Source: Geosiphon pyriformis uo1
Taxonomy: Eukaryota > Fungi > Glomeromycota
Assembly: GCA_016748015.1 (NCBI GenBank)
Contig: JAAOMT010000479.1
Span: 58,332 to 122,331, forward strand
Reading direction: 5' to 3'
Length of the DNA stretch: 64,000 nucleotides
Within the stretch, counting starts at the first letter, position 1; each line of letters begins with the position of its first letter. A program made the position numbers and the translations under genes. The notes under the pieces are model-generated. The model made no database searches. It was not told the DNA's origin and saw only the letters and a list, made by a program, of their open reading frames with translations. This document shows, one piece after another, positions 53,501-64,000 of the stretch.

Positions 53501-56500
53501 GACAACAATACTAGGGCTAACAACGGCCTCGTAATCAAGCAGAAATGGTTTGAATTTATCGTACTGAATGGTAAAAAACTTCTTTTAAAAAACTTTTTGA
53601 CTCTTTTTTGGGATTTGCGGAGGAACGAGAGAAAGAAAGTTTTTTATTGTGGTTTTATAAATTTAATTATTATTCTAAATAATAATAGCAATATATTATT
53701 AAAAAAAAATTTTTTCAATTTTTTCAATTGTTTTTTATTAGCTTTTTGGTTTTTATTATTATTAATAAATCTTTAAAAATTTTTTTTATTTTTTTAACAA
53801 TTTTTTCTACATAATTGTTTAATTATATTTGTAATTTATTATATAAAATTGTTTTTATTTGTATTTTTAAGTGTTTTTATAACAAATATTTTGACTGTTA
53901 ATTATTATTATTATATTTAATTTTTTATTTTTTAATACTATTACTAAAAGTTTTTGGTCTTTTTTTTGAATGTTGTTAATGTCTGTTTATTGTGAATTTA
54001 CATTTTCTGAAAGTTAGTGAACCTTCAATAATTGAATTTATCTTCAAATTATTTTCTATAATTTGAATTACTGGATTTATAAGTAAAATAACCAATTCTA
54101 TACCAGTTGCTGCATATAGTTATATTGTAATAAACATCAACTCTTTTCCAAGAATTGTTCATTTGAAAGCTTACTAAAAAATATGTAGTTATTTTGCTGT
54201 AAAAATCAACTTTTTTACAAGAATTTTGTCTGCAGACTATTTTAATTATTATAATAAAAAAACAAAAACAAAATAAAATAAATATAAAAGAAATAAGATT
54301 TTGTTAAGTAAATCGTTTTCTATTTAGACTTAGAGTTATTAACAAATTATTAAAATTGGTAGCTAATCAATTTCAAAATGTTAGTTGAATTTTTGAGAAA
54401 TTAATAAGTATAATAATTAAAAATTGAGTTTTCAAATATTTATTTTTATTAATTTGTAAAGATGTGTAAAAAAATGATTGTTTTTAACTAAGATATCTAA
54501 AAGAAGATATATTTTCTTGAAAAGAAAAGCTCTTCTTTTATACAACTTGTTGTAGTACTAGTTTTTGAACTTGTACTTTTTTCTTTGTTATAATTTTGGC
54601 AAACTTAAGATATATTTTGGCAAACTACAAGTTATTTCTATGAGCTATTAATTATTTCGACTAATTTTTATCAATTTTGGCGAATTTTTGAATATTAAAT
54701 AGTTCAGAATATTGTGTAATTTAATCATCTTAATTTTTATGATACAAATTAGGTTATTAATTGAATAATGATATTTAATAATTTGATTAACTAATAAGTA
54801 ATAATTAAAATAATAATAATATATATTAATTAATACTAGGAATTAAAAGGGTAATTTTATGCTAATTAATAGCTAAAATTCTACTAATAACATAATTTTT
54901 TTCTCAAAACTGAGTTTTATCAAAGTTTAAGCACTATCTATAATACTAAAATAGTGGTCCAAAATAATTATAATAATTTGGTCTAAAAATTATTGAAATT
55001 TCAGTTTTGTAAGTTTGCCAATATATTGAATTTTCATTGGTTGTAGTAATAGATTTTATAAGATATTTTTACAAATATTAAACAAGTTATAAAGTCTAAA
55101 AATTGTTCTAAGTTTATAGCAAGTGTTTATTGGTCCAGCTGTTGTCTTGAATTTATTGTGAATTTGTTTTTGCATAACTTTAAAAGTAAGACTTGTTGCT
55201 TTAAGTTCCAGTTTTTGTTCATAAAATATTCTTCCAATATAAAAGTATCTATATATAAAAATATATTCATTATTTTGTTCATTAAAGTACTATAAAAATT
55301 TTTGTTGTGTTGTAACATTTGGTAAAATGTCAATAGAAGCAAATAAAAATTTTTTTTAATACTTGCTTCAAAAGTTTTGGTAATTGAATTTCAGAATAAC
55401 TTTTTGTGTTTTTTTTATAAAGGTAATAATTTTGCAAATTGTTTACTACTAGAGCTGTGGTTTTTTTCTAAATATAATTAATTTAACTTTTATTAATTGT
55501 TATAGATAAATCAGAAAGTGTTTTCAAGGTTAACATTAATTTTTGGGATATTTGTTAAATGTTTCAGAAAAAAATCATAATAAAATGAATAATTTAAGGA
55601 TAAAATTTTTAAAAAAATTTAAAAAAAAATAAAAAAATTATTTTTGGGTATAGAAGTTTGGTTGTTGTTCTATTACAACTATTGGTTCTAAGTTTTGGAG
55701 AATATCTTCAAGATTAATTAAAAAAAAATATATACCAATTTGTAAAATTAATAGTTCAAAATAATTTTTAAAATGATAGTGTTTCTTGAAAGTTTTTTTT
55801 AGTAATTGGTTGTATTAAGTATGTTTCTACTATAAAATTGATTGGTAATATTGCTGTTTTTTTATAAGTCAAATCAAATAATGTGTGTTTTATTGTATTT
55901 TGTTTTAGTGTTCTGTATGTTAATAACACTAATAAAATAAAAATATCTCATTCTTATTCAAAATTAATTAAAACTTTGGCTAATAATTTACACAATATTT
56001 TGTTAAATTATTTTACTAATCCATTTGTTTGTGAATAATATAGTAAAGATAAAAGTTATTTAACATTAAATTATTTACTAATTTCTTGTATCAAGTTGTT
56101 TACAAAGTGTGTTTTTTGATTAAATAAGAGTTCAATTGGACATCTGTGTTTATAAATAATGTTTTTATAGATGAAATTTGCTACTAATTTTGCATCTGCT
56201 TTTTGGATGGCTCTAACTTTGGGCTATTTGGTAAGATAATTTACTTGTAACTGCAATATAATAGTTTTTTTGGTTTGTAATAGGTAATAATCCGACTAAA
56301 TTAATTCTTACTCTGTTAAAAAATTGTCCAACTTTAATTGGATTTAAAAATTCAGTGGGTCAAATTTCTTTTTTTTTGACAACTATCACATAATTTTATA
56401 TATTGTTAAATGTCTTGATACATGTAAAACCAAAAATAATGTTCTTATATTCTTTGAATTATGCTGTTTTTTTCTAATTGTCTTGATGAAAAGTTTATAT

Positions 56501-57533
56501 ACATGTTGTATAAGATTGTTTTTTTTTATTTTGTTAAATTAATCTGAATAATTTTGTTGAATTTCGACAGTTTTAATAATAAATTTTGTTGTAATATAGA
56601 AAATATTGTTTAAATTGGTGTTGTAATTGGTGTTTTTCAGCTAAAGACCAATTTTCTGGTATTTTGAGAGTCTTCAGATAGTTTTTAATGTTGTTATAGT
56701 TTTTGGAATTCATTGTTTTTTTTGTTAATTGCTGTTGAGTTAGTAATTTGTTAGTATTAATTCTAATCTTGTTTTATTATAAAAAAACTATCTATGTTTG
56801 TATAAAATTTGTCTAATTTATAGTATATAATATATTTATAATCTGCTAGAAAATCAGATCATTAGAATTGTTGACACTAAGTTCAGAGTTATTTTTGTTG
56901 AGTCATTTAAGACTAATGTTATCTGTAATAATATAAAATTGAGATTTATTTCAAAGATATTGTTGAAAGTGTTTTAGAGCCCAGATGATGGCTGCTGTTT
57001 CTAATTCTATTAAGCCATACTTGAGTTTTATTGGCTTAAGTGTTCTATTGGCATAAACAATTACTCATTTATTGTCATTGTTATCTAATTGTAATAAAAT
57101 GACACCAAAAATTATATGTAAAGCATTAGTGACTAACTGAAACTTTTTGCTAAAATCTGGATATGCAAAAATTGGGACTGTAGTGAGTTTTTTTTTGAGA
57201 GTATTAAATGTTTATTGTTAAACTTGTGTTTATTGATATTTCATGTCTTTGTTGATCAAATGATTGAGTAATTTGGTAATTTTGGAAAATCTTTTGATGA
57301 ATTTTTGGTAATAAGAAACTAATTCTATAAATCTTCTTAGTTTTGTTGTGTTTTAAAGAATTTTGAAATTTTTAATAGTATTAATTATTTTTGAATTGAA
57401 TTGGACTCTATCTTTGCTAACAATATATCCAAGGAAAATTAAAATTGTTTTTCCAAAGTAAAACTTTTTAATATTTAGCTTTAATTCTACTTTTTGTAAT
57501 CATTAAAAAACTTTTTACAGGTAAATTAGATAA

Positions 57534-58381
57534 TATTACAGGTAATTATTTGGGTCTTAAAGCAAATAACAAACCCATAACTTGGTGCTTAATGGATAGT
57601 CTGAGTAGTAATATCTGAAGGTATTTCAATCTGAAGGTTTTGTGGTAGAGTTTTTTGTATAATAGACAGAAATTTAATGATAATAGTTTTATTTGTAGCT
57701 TCTCAAAATCACAGTTTTGTCAATTTCTTTCTCAGCTTGATGGTCAATAATCCTTCTAGTAAGCTATCTTCAATTGAGTATTCTACTCTTATTTCTGGAT
57801 CTTTTACCAGTTACTTTATCCTAACATTAGTACTCTGTGCATTAATCCTTAATAAAGTTAGTAAACAACAAACAAAGAAAAAAAAATAAAAATAAAAAAA
57901 AAGAAGTAAAAAAATAAGGTAAGGCAATTGTAAGTTGGTATTCTGTTAATAGCCATAATCAAAAGCTATTGTTTTAATGTAATTAAGTATCAATTACTAT
58001 CAATATGAAGTGTTAATAGTGGAGAGTGAATTTAGATAGTGAATAATTATTTAATGATATTTGTGAATGAAAGGCTGTTTTTTAAATCTAAACTGAGAGA
58101 TTTGTTTTTTCTACTTTTAATGCTATCAATATATATACATTATTAAGATTCCTCAATTTCTCAATTTTTCACACCAAAAATTCTGGAATTCCTGGAATTC
58201 TGTAATTTTTTTGAGAAAAATTCTGAAATTCTGAAATTCTGAAATTCCTTGTATGAGAATCTTAAAATTCTTAGAATTCTGCAATTTCTTTAAGAGGAAT
58301 CCTGAAATTCCATATTTATTACAGTTACTTCTGATTGGTTAATTTATATGCTAATATACTTCTTATATTCTATAAGTAATA
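57534..58381 (-). mobile_element. Solo LTR, family B, 4-bp TSD ATAA, inside family A RT
   Basis: TATTACAGG...GTAATA flanked by ATAA (57530-33, 58382-85). Homologous to 60210-61075; contains clustered (G)GAATTC(T/C)-like repeats at ~58180-58310. Confidence 0.88.
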
Positions 58382-59458
58382 ATAAGCTTCAAAACTTGGA
58401 AAATACACATTAATATTATTAAGATAGACAACTATTAATTGCTATAAAAGTTTTTTATAAACAACATTCATAAATTACTGGAATGTTGTTGGTATATTAC
58501 AAAGTTTAAATGACATAATATTGAATTTGTAATTTTTTTTTGGATAGTAAATGCTGTTTTTAATTGGTTTTTGGGATCTATTTAACTTGCTAGTATCTGC
58601 TTTCCAAGTCTAAAGTTAAGAAAAACTTGATTTTTTTCAGAGCATTTAGCATATTGTTAATTCTTGGTAAAAAATATATATCTCTAATCATGACACTATT
58701 TAATTGACAATAATTAACACAAAATTTAATTTTTCTATTTTTTTTTTAGCCAAAACTATTAATGAAGCCCAAAAACTTTTTGATGATTAAATAAGTTTAT
58801 TTTTGAGCATTTGTTGTATTTTTTCTTTGATAAATTAGTGGCTGGCAAGTAAAACTTAGTAAGTTTGTTATCATTTTGGTAAAGCATTTTCTGTGTAGAT
58901 TTGATGCTGAACAATATCTGTTTTTCTTAAATTATTGTTGTTTCTAACAAATATGTCAATATATTTAACAATTAATTGTTTTAATTGTCTTTGTTGTTGG
59001 GATTCTAAGGAATTCATGTTGATTTAAAAGAGTTTTTTTTCAAGAGGTAGTAATTTTCAGTAGTAAAAGTGATGTTGAGATTTTGAAAGTAAAGTATGTT
59101 TTACAATTTTAATAAAATTAGAAACAGTTTGAGAGGTTTCATCTTAAAAAATATTGCTATATATGATTTTTATTTTTATTTTATTTAATAAAATAATAAG
59201 ATAGTTGTTGAAATTATAGAAAATAACTCAAAATTTTTTCATTTTTTTTGGAATATAAATATTTAGAATTGTGATTTTGTGTTTTAAACAAATTTGTTTA
59301 TTGGATTTAAAGATTTGTTGAGTGGTAGTAGGCTTAAAACAAGTGTAGATTTCGTGGTGTTCTCTAAAAAGTAAAATGGTAATTGGTTGGGAAAGTTGAA
59401 GAATTTGGTGAAATTCATTTTGTACATTAAAAACTATGTTTACTGAAACTGTAAATTA

Positions 59459-59850
59459 TTCAGTTAAACCAAAACTTTGGGTTTCTTTTTTGCTTTTTTC
59501 TAATTGTTCTCTGTTGTTAATTGATTATAAACCTAAAATATTAATTAAAAATAAATAAATCGCTTGAGCAATCTTCTCTGCATGTTCAATTTTGAATGAT
59601 TTATTGGTATCATTTTGTAATATTATAATAATATTGCCTGTGTATTCTGTATCTATAGCTCTTTTTCTGACATTAATTTTTTTACTGACCAGAGATGATT
59701 GAGAAGCAATTTAAACTATTGCTTCTGATAAGATTTTAAAAACAATTTTTAAGTTAATCTTTGTTAAAGATTTTGGTTGGAAGACCAAAGTATTTTTTTC
59801 AGATCATATTTAGCATCTATTTTGTGTAATTTTTCTGATTTAATTCCTTA
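59459..59850 (-). pseudogene. dUTPase domain within family A Gypsy pol (decayed)
   Basis: Decayed forms of all five trimeric dUTPase motifs, in order: DAKYDL (AGYDL), IASQSS (RSS), AIDTEYTG (GVIDxxYTG), EKIAQ, KETQSFGLT (RGxxGFGST). Confidence 0.85.
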
Positions 59851-60209
59851 ACTATTGTTGTTGAAATATTTGAGTTGTATGGCAGGCTAATTTTTAGTGA
59901 AGTAGATTAGTATTATTGTAATTTTTTTTTTTGGTTTAGGTTTTCCAAATTTGATTTTGTTTTTATTATTTTTATTGGGCAGGAGAATATTAATTACATA
60001 GTATTCTAGACACTATTAGTTATTATAAAGCATAGTATATTCTTTATATAGCTGAATGTTTATTTGCTTTAATTGTTGAATTTAAGCTTTTTTGGTCAGA
60101 TATACATAACTTGTGATTTGATGATAGGTTTTTATTTTATTTTTATAATTAAATTCTGTTAATTTTATTATATATTTAATGTATCTTGCTTCTTTTATTT
60201 GACATATAT

Positions 60210-63200
60210 TGCTACTCATAAAATATAGAAATTATATATTAATACATAAATTAGCCAATCAAAATAAGACATAATAAAAGTAGAATTCCAAAATTTCTTT
60301 CAAAGAAATCACAGAATTCTAGGATTTTTCTTGGAGAATTACAGAATTTCAGAAATTTTAGAATTCTTGACTAGAGAATTAAAAAATTTAAAAAATCTCA
60401 TATAACAAAATTATGTATATATAACAGTAATATTAGAAGCAGAAAGAGCAGAATTCTCCAGCTAAAATTCTTAGTTTAGAATATCCAGTTTCAATTCTCA
60501 TTTATCTTTTTATACAATAATATTCTATGACTTAAAGTAGAAATATTAAATATTAATAAAATATTTGTTACTATTACAACTTATCTTTTTGCTATTAGCA
60601 AATTATGTTGATTATTACTAATACTTAATTATACTGGACCAATAACTCTTAATAATAGTTATTAACAAAATACTAAATTTTCTTGTTTTAGCTTATTTTT
60701 TTATTTTTTTTTATTTTTTTTTATTTTTATTTTCTTTTTTTGTTGTTTATTTACTAAATTAATTAAAAAAAATTAATGTACAAAGTATTAATGTCAGAAT
60801 ATAGCACTGGTAAAAGACCTAGAAATAAAAATAGACTCTTAGAATTGAGAATAGCTTACTAAGAGATTGCCAGCCACCAAGCCAAGAAAAAAATTGACGG
60901 AATTGTGATTCTAAAAGGCTATTGAAAACAATTATTAAATCTCTGTTCATTATACAAAAGACTCAATCAAAATTTTCAGATTAAAATCTTCAAATATTAC
61001 TAACAATATTAGCTATTGAACACCAAGTTACAGGTTTGTTATTTGTTTCTAGACCCCAAATAATTACCTGTAACATTTGGTGTTCTCTGTAAGGTATAAT
61101 CTTACAGAGAACCAGCACTAATAACAACTATTTAAAAGTAGCAAAATCTGAAAGAAAAGGAACAAATTATCTAAAATTTACTCAATTTTTATTTTAACAC
61201 TATTGTTAACAATTAAGATTAACTAACAACCAACTATTAGCAGAATCAGTCTTCAACTTTTATTTTAATGAAAAAATTAAATATTTTCTAAGAAAACCAG
61301 TAAAAATAGAAACAGCAAAAAGAAATTTCTACAGTGAATTAATTCAATATACCAGTTTACTATTAAACTACAACTTTGCACTAATCATTACTGAAATTAA
61401 CAGAAAAATTAAAAATCACATTCAACAAACATTTTCTATTACTTATGCAAAAAAAAACAAAGAAAAACTACAAACACCAGCAAAAACTCCAAAGCAAATA
61501 CAATTACCTACTTAGAAAAAACAAAGAGTTAATTTACCAACTAATTTATCATATCATCACATATCTGAAAATACTATCAATATAATATTAACAGGCATGT
61601 TCACAGTAAATGTAACAAACTCATTAAACAAACTTTTATTCTAAAGTAAACAAAAGAAAGCAGAGTTATTAGAAATCTATGGTAATTATTTTGAGAAATT
61701 TAAATTGTGATTTCCAATATTATTAGGATTTTGATTATCACCACTTCAACCAAATTTCAAAACTACTAGTTCTTGGGAAATAATGAAATTAGAAGAAGAA
61801 AACAAAGATTAAGAATTTAATTATCAAAATCCAATTCTGGAAAACCTGAAAATACAAACTCCAATTATTTCAACTTAGCAAAAATCAAAACAATCCAAAC
61901 ATCACTCTTATTGTTCTCTAAAACTTACCTCCAGTAATTGTAATCAATTTACTATCAGTTTCACTAATTGCCAAATAGCAACAACAATAGCTATAACTAC
62001 TACTTTAGCAATAACTTCAACAACAACTACAATAACAACAATCATTATCATTAGTACCAATGGCTTATGCTCCAATTGCCAAACTCGAAAAAGTCACTAA
62101 TGAAGAAGACAATGTCCAAGTATGACTCAATAACATAGAAAAAGCCATCATTGTTAATAGATGGGATGACACCAGAGCATTATAAGCAATTCCATATTTT
62201 CTTCAGAATACTGCTAATTTATGGTATCAAAGTCTGATTCAGAAATCCCAAGATTTTAATACATTTAAAGTTGAATTTTTGAGATATTTTAATAACAATA
62301 ATAGCATTAATCATCTAGCCAATATTTTTACTATTATCAAACAAAAAAAAAACTGAAGCAGTTACCATTTATCTAGAATGCTTCTACAGAAATCTGTGCC
62401 AAATACAAACAATTGACATAGATTACTTTACAGTACCACAGATCTTGAATCAATTCATATAAGACCTACATAACAGTTTATTATAATGAGTATGTATAAT
62501 ACACCCAAATATACTTTAAAACACAGTTATCTACACCAAAAACTTTGAATCAACTAAATTAGAAGCCAATCATACACAAGCTATAAATCTAGTAATAAAC
62601 AGATCATCTGACTTGGACTCAAAATTAAAACAGTTTAGCAATTCAATTAATCAGAAATTAGAAAGATACTTAGCTAACAACAATTAAGTAATATATTAAC
62701 TATCACAACATTATGACAATTCCAGAGCTTTTAATAAGTACCAAAATCAGTCACATCCTATATCATTGTCAAATTGTCAATTGTGGCAACAAGAGACACA
62801 TATCTGCGACAATTGTTGTAAACAAAGTCACATCAAGATTAACTGTCATGTCAAAATTAATAATTAATAATCGGGAAATCAACATTAAAACTCCAATTGC
62901 TGATTTTCAACTCTGAATTACCAGCCAAATAAAAATCTGTATCAACTCTATTACATTCCAATAACACAACAAGCAATATACTTACCACCAAATTATCAAA
63001 CTTTAATACTAGTGATATATCAACTGCAGTCACAGGTCATTTATTAATCCCAACAATTCCAAACACTACCACAAAATCCAGTTTAAATATCTGAAAATCT
63101 AAGACTGAGAATTATTCGTACCTAACAAAACTATTTAAGTCTCCTGGTTATTCCAGAAAACACCAAACTCAGCAAACAGAAACTCAATCAAACCCAACTA

Positions 63201-64000
63201 CTTACCAATAATATATCTTTAGCAATTATTACTAAAAATAAATTACTTATCATCATCTTCCCCTTTGAACTGAAAAAACCAGTCAAAATGTTGCTATTTA
63301 ATAGAGCTGCTCTGGAATCAAAACTCATTACTACAATATATACCAATACCAAAGTTGATAGAAAGTTTATGAAACTAATCCTAAACAGTAGATTAGCTGG
63401 CAGCATCATTACATAACAACTCATGAACCAATTAAGTTGCTGAGTTGATCATACTATCAGTGTTAGAATTATTATTACTAATAAAATGACAAAAACGTTC
63501 ATTGATAAGATTGATGACTTTCTATTTGAAGTCAATAGCATTATCACACTTATAGAAGTCCTTATCATAGAAGCCACACAGTATCAAGCTCTAGTTAGTA
63601 ATGACTGGCTGTTTAAGACCAATGCCATACTTAATTGAATTACCCAAGAATTACAACTAAGCCAGAATAGTCAGAACATTTAAGTATCAGCCACTTGTGG
63701 TCATTTCAAGACTACCACCAATTAACAACTGCTAATTGAATTTGAAGAAAAAGAAAAAAAATCTACCTAAGAAATGTATTAGATATTATGGGCTGAGAAA
63801 AAACACAATAAATTACTACCAGTATTTACATAAAAAGAAAAAAGAAAAGGGAAGAAAAAAGAAGAAAAAAACTCCAGGCAACTACTTTCACATATATCTT
63901 ATATATCACTGCTACTCAATACCAATCAAACTATCATTGACCAAAACTAATTTGCATTGATTGTGGCAAAAAATTGTCAACAATGGATGCATGTTGTGGT
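60210..64000 (+). mobile_element. Ty3/Gypsy family B: 5' LTR (60210-61075), PBS, gag, protease; runs off the window
   Basis: LTR TGCTAC...TGTAACA; PBS TTTGGTGTTCTCTGTAAGG; capsid-like MAYAPIAKLEK...AIPYFLQNTANLWYQ; knuckle ICDNCCKQSHIKINC (~62800-62850); protease KLILNSR (decayed DSG) at ~63375; Cys module DCGKKLSTMDACC at the end. Confidence 0.9.

Larger units (their letters stand above)
46888..53646 (-). mobile_element. LINE copy L4, full length and least mutated (non-LTR retrotransposon with RNase H)
   Basis: A21 tail (T run 46888-46908); candidate 14-bp TSD ATTTAATTATTATT at 46870-83 and 53661-74; two frameshift-free ORFs; sharp GC step against AT-rich flanks. Confidence 0.96.
53939..60209 (-). 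mobile_element. Ty3/Gypsy family A copy: 3' LTR (53939-54892), ORF3, IN, RH, RT, dUTPase; interrupted twice by family B
   Basis: Reverse-complement colinear with 24061-28557. The 59960-60209 segment is homologous to 40316-40500, linking the two halves of family A. Confidence 0.9.

Noticed and set aside
58180-58310. Clustered GAATTC-like short repeats, and AAAC repeats at 18130-18300 and 21040-21210
   Set aside because: LTR-internal and hAT subterminal repeats; no spacers, not CRISPR.

Overview
AT-rich eukaryotic (fungal) scaffold segment with two assembly gaps. The retroelement proteins, Tc1-like fragment and short AT-rich GT-AG introns suggest Glomeromycotina; from memory the retroelement peptides resemble Geosiphon pyriformis hypothetical proteins (inference, no search run). 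About 1-10 kb is host-like DNA. It holds a 2.4-2.7 kb tandem duplication, each unit carrying a 4-exon small secreted protein gene that the ORF track misses (signal peptide, NG-repeat linker, W-GRKRR dibasic site), plus a Tc1/IS630-like transposase remnant. About 10-64 kb is a nested transposon graveyard: four copies of one LINE family (ORF1 RRM/CCHC; ORF2 APE-RT-RNase H-CCHC), a hAT DNA transposon, and pieces of at least three Ty3/Gypsy LTR families. The elements show graded decay almost entirely by C>T/G>A transitions in all dinucleotide contexts, while the tandem host gene is spared. Overlapping fragments reconstruct a Gypsy family with an unusual layout: gag-PR-Cys-rich module-dUTPase-RT-RH-IN plus a third ORF in the env position.
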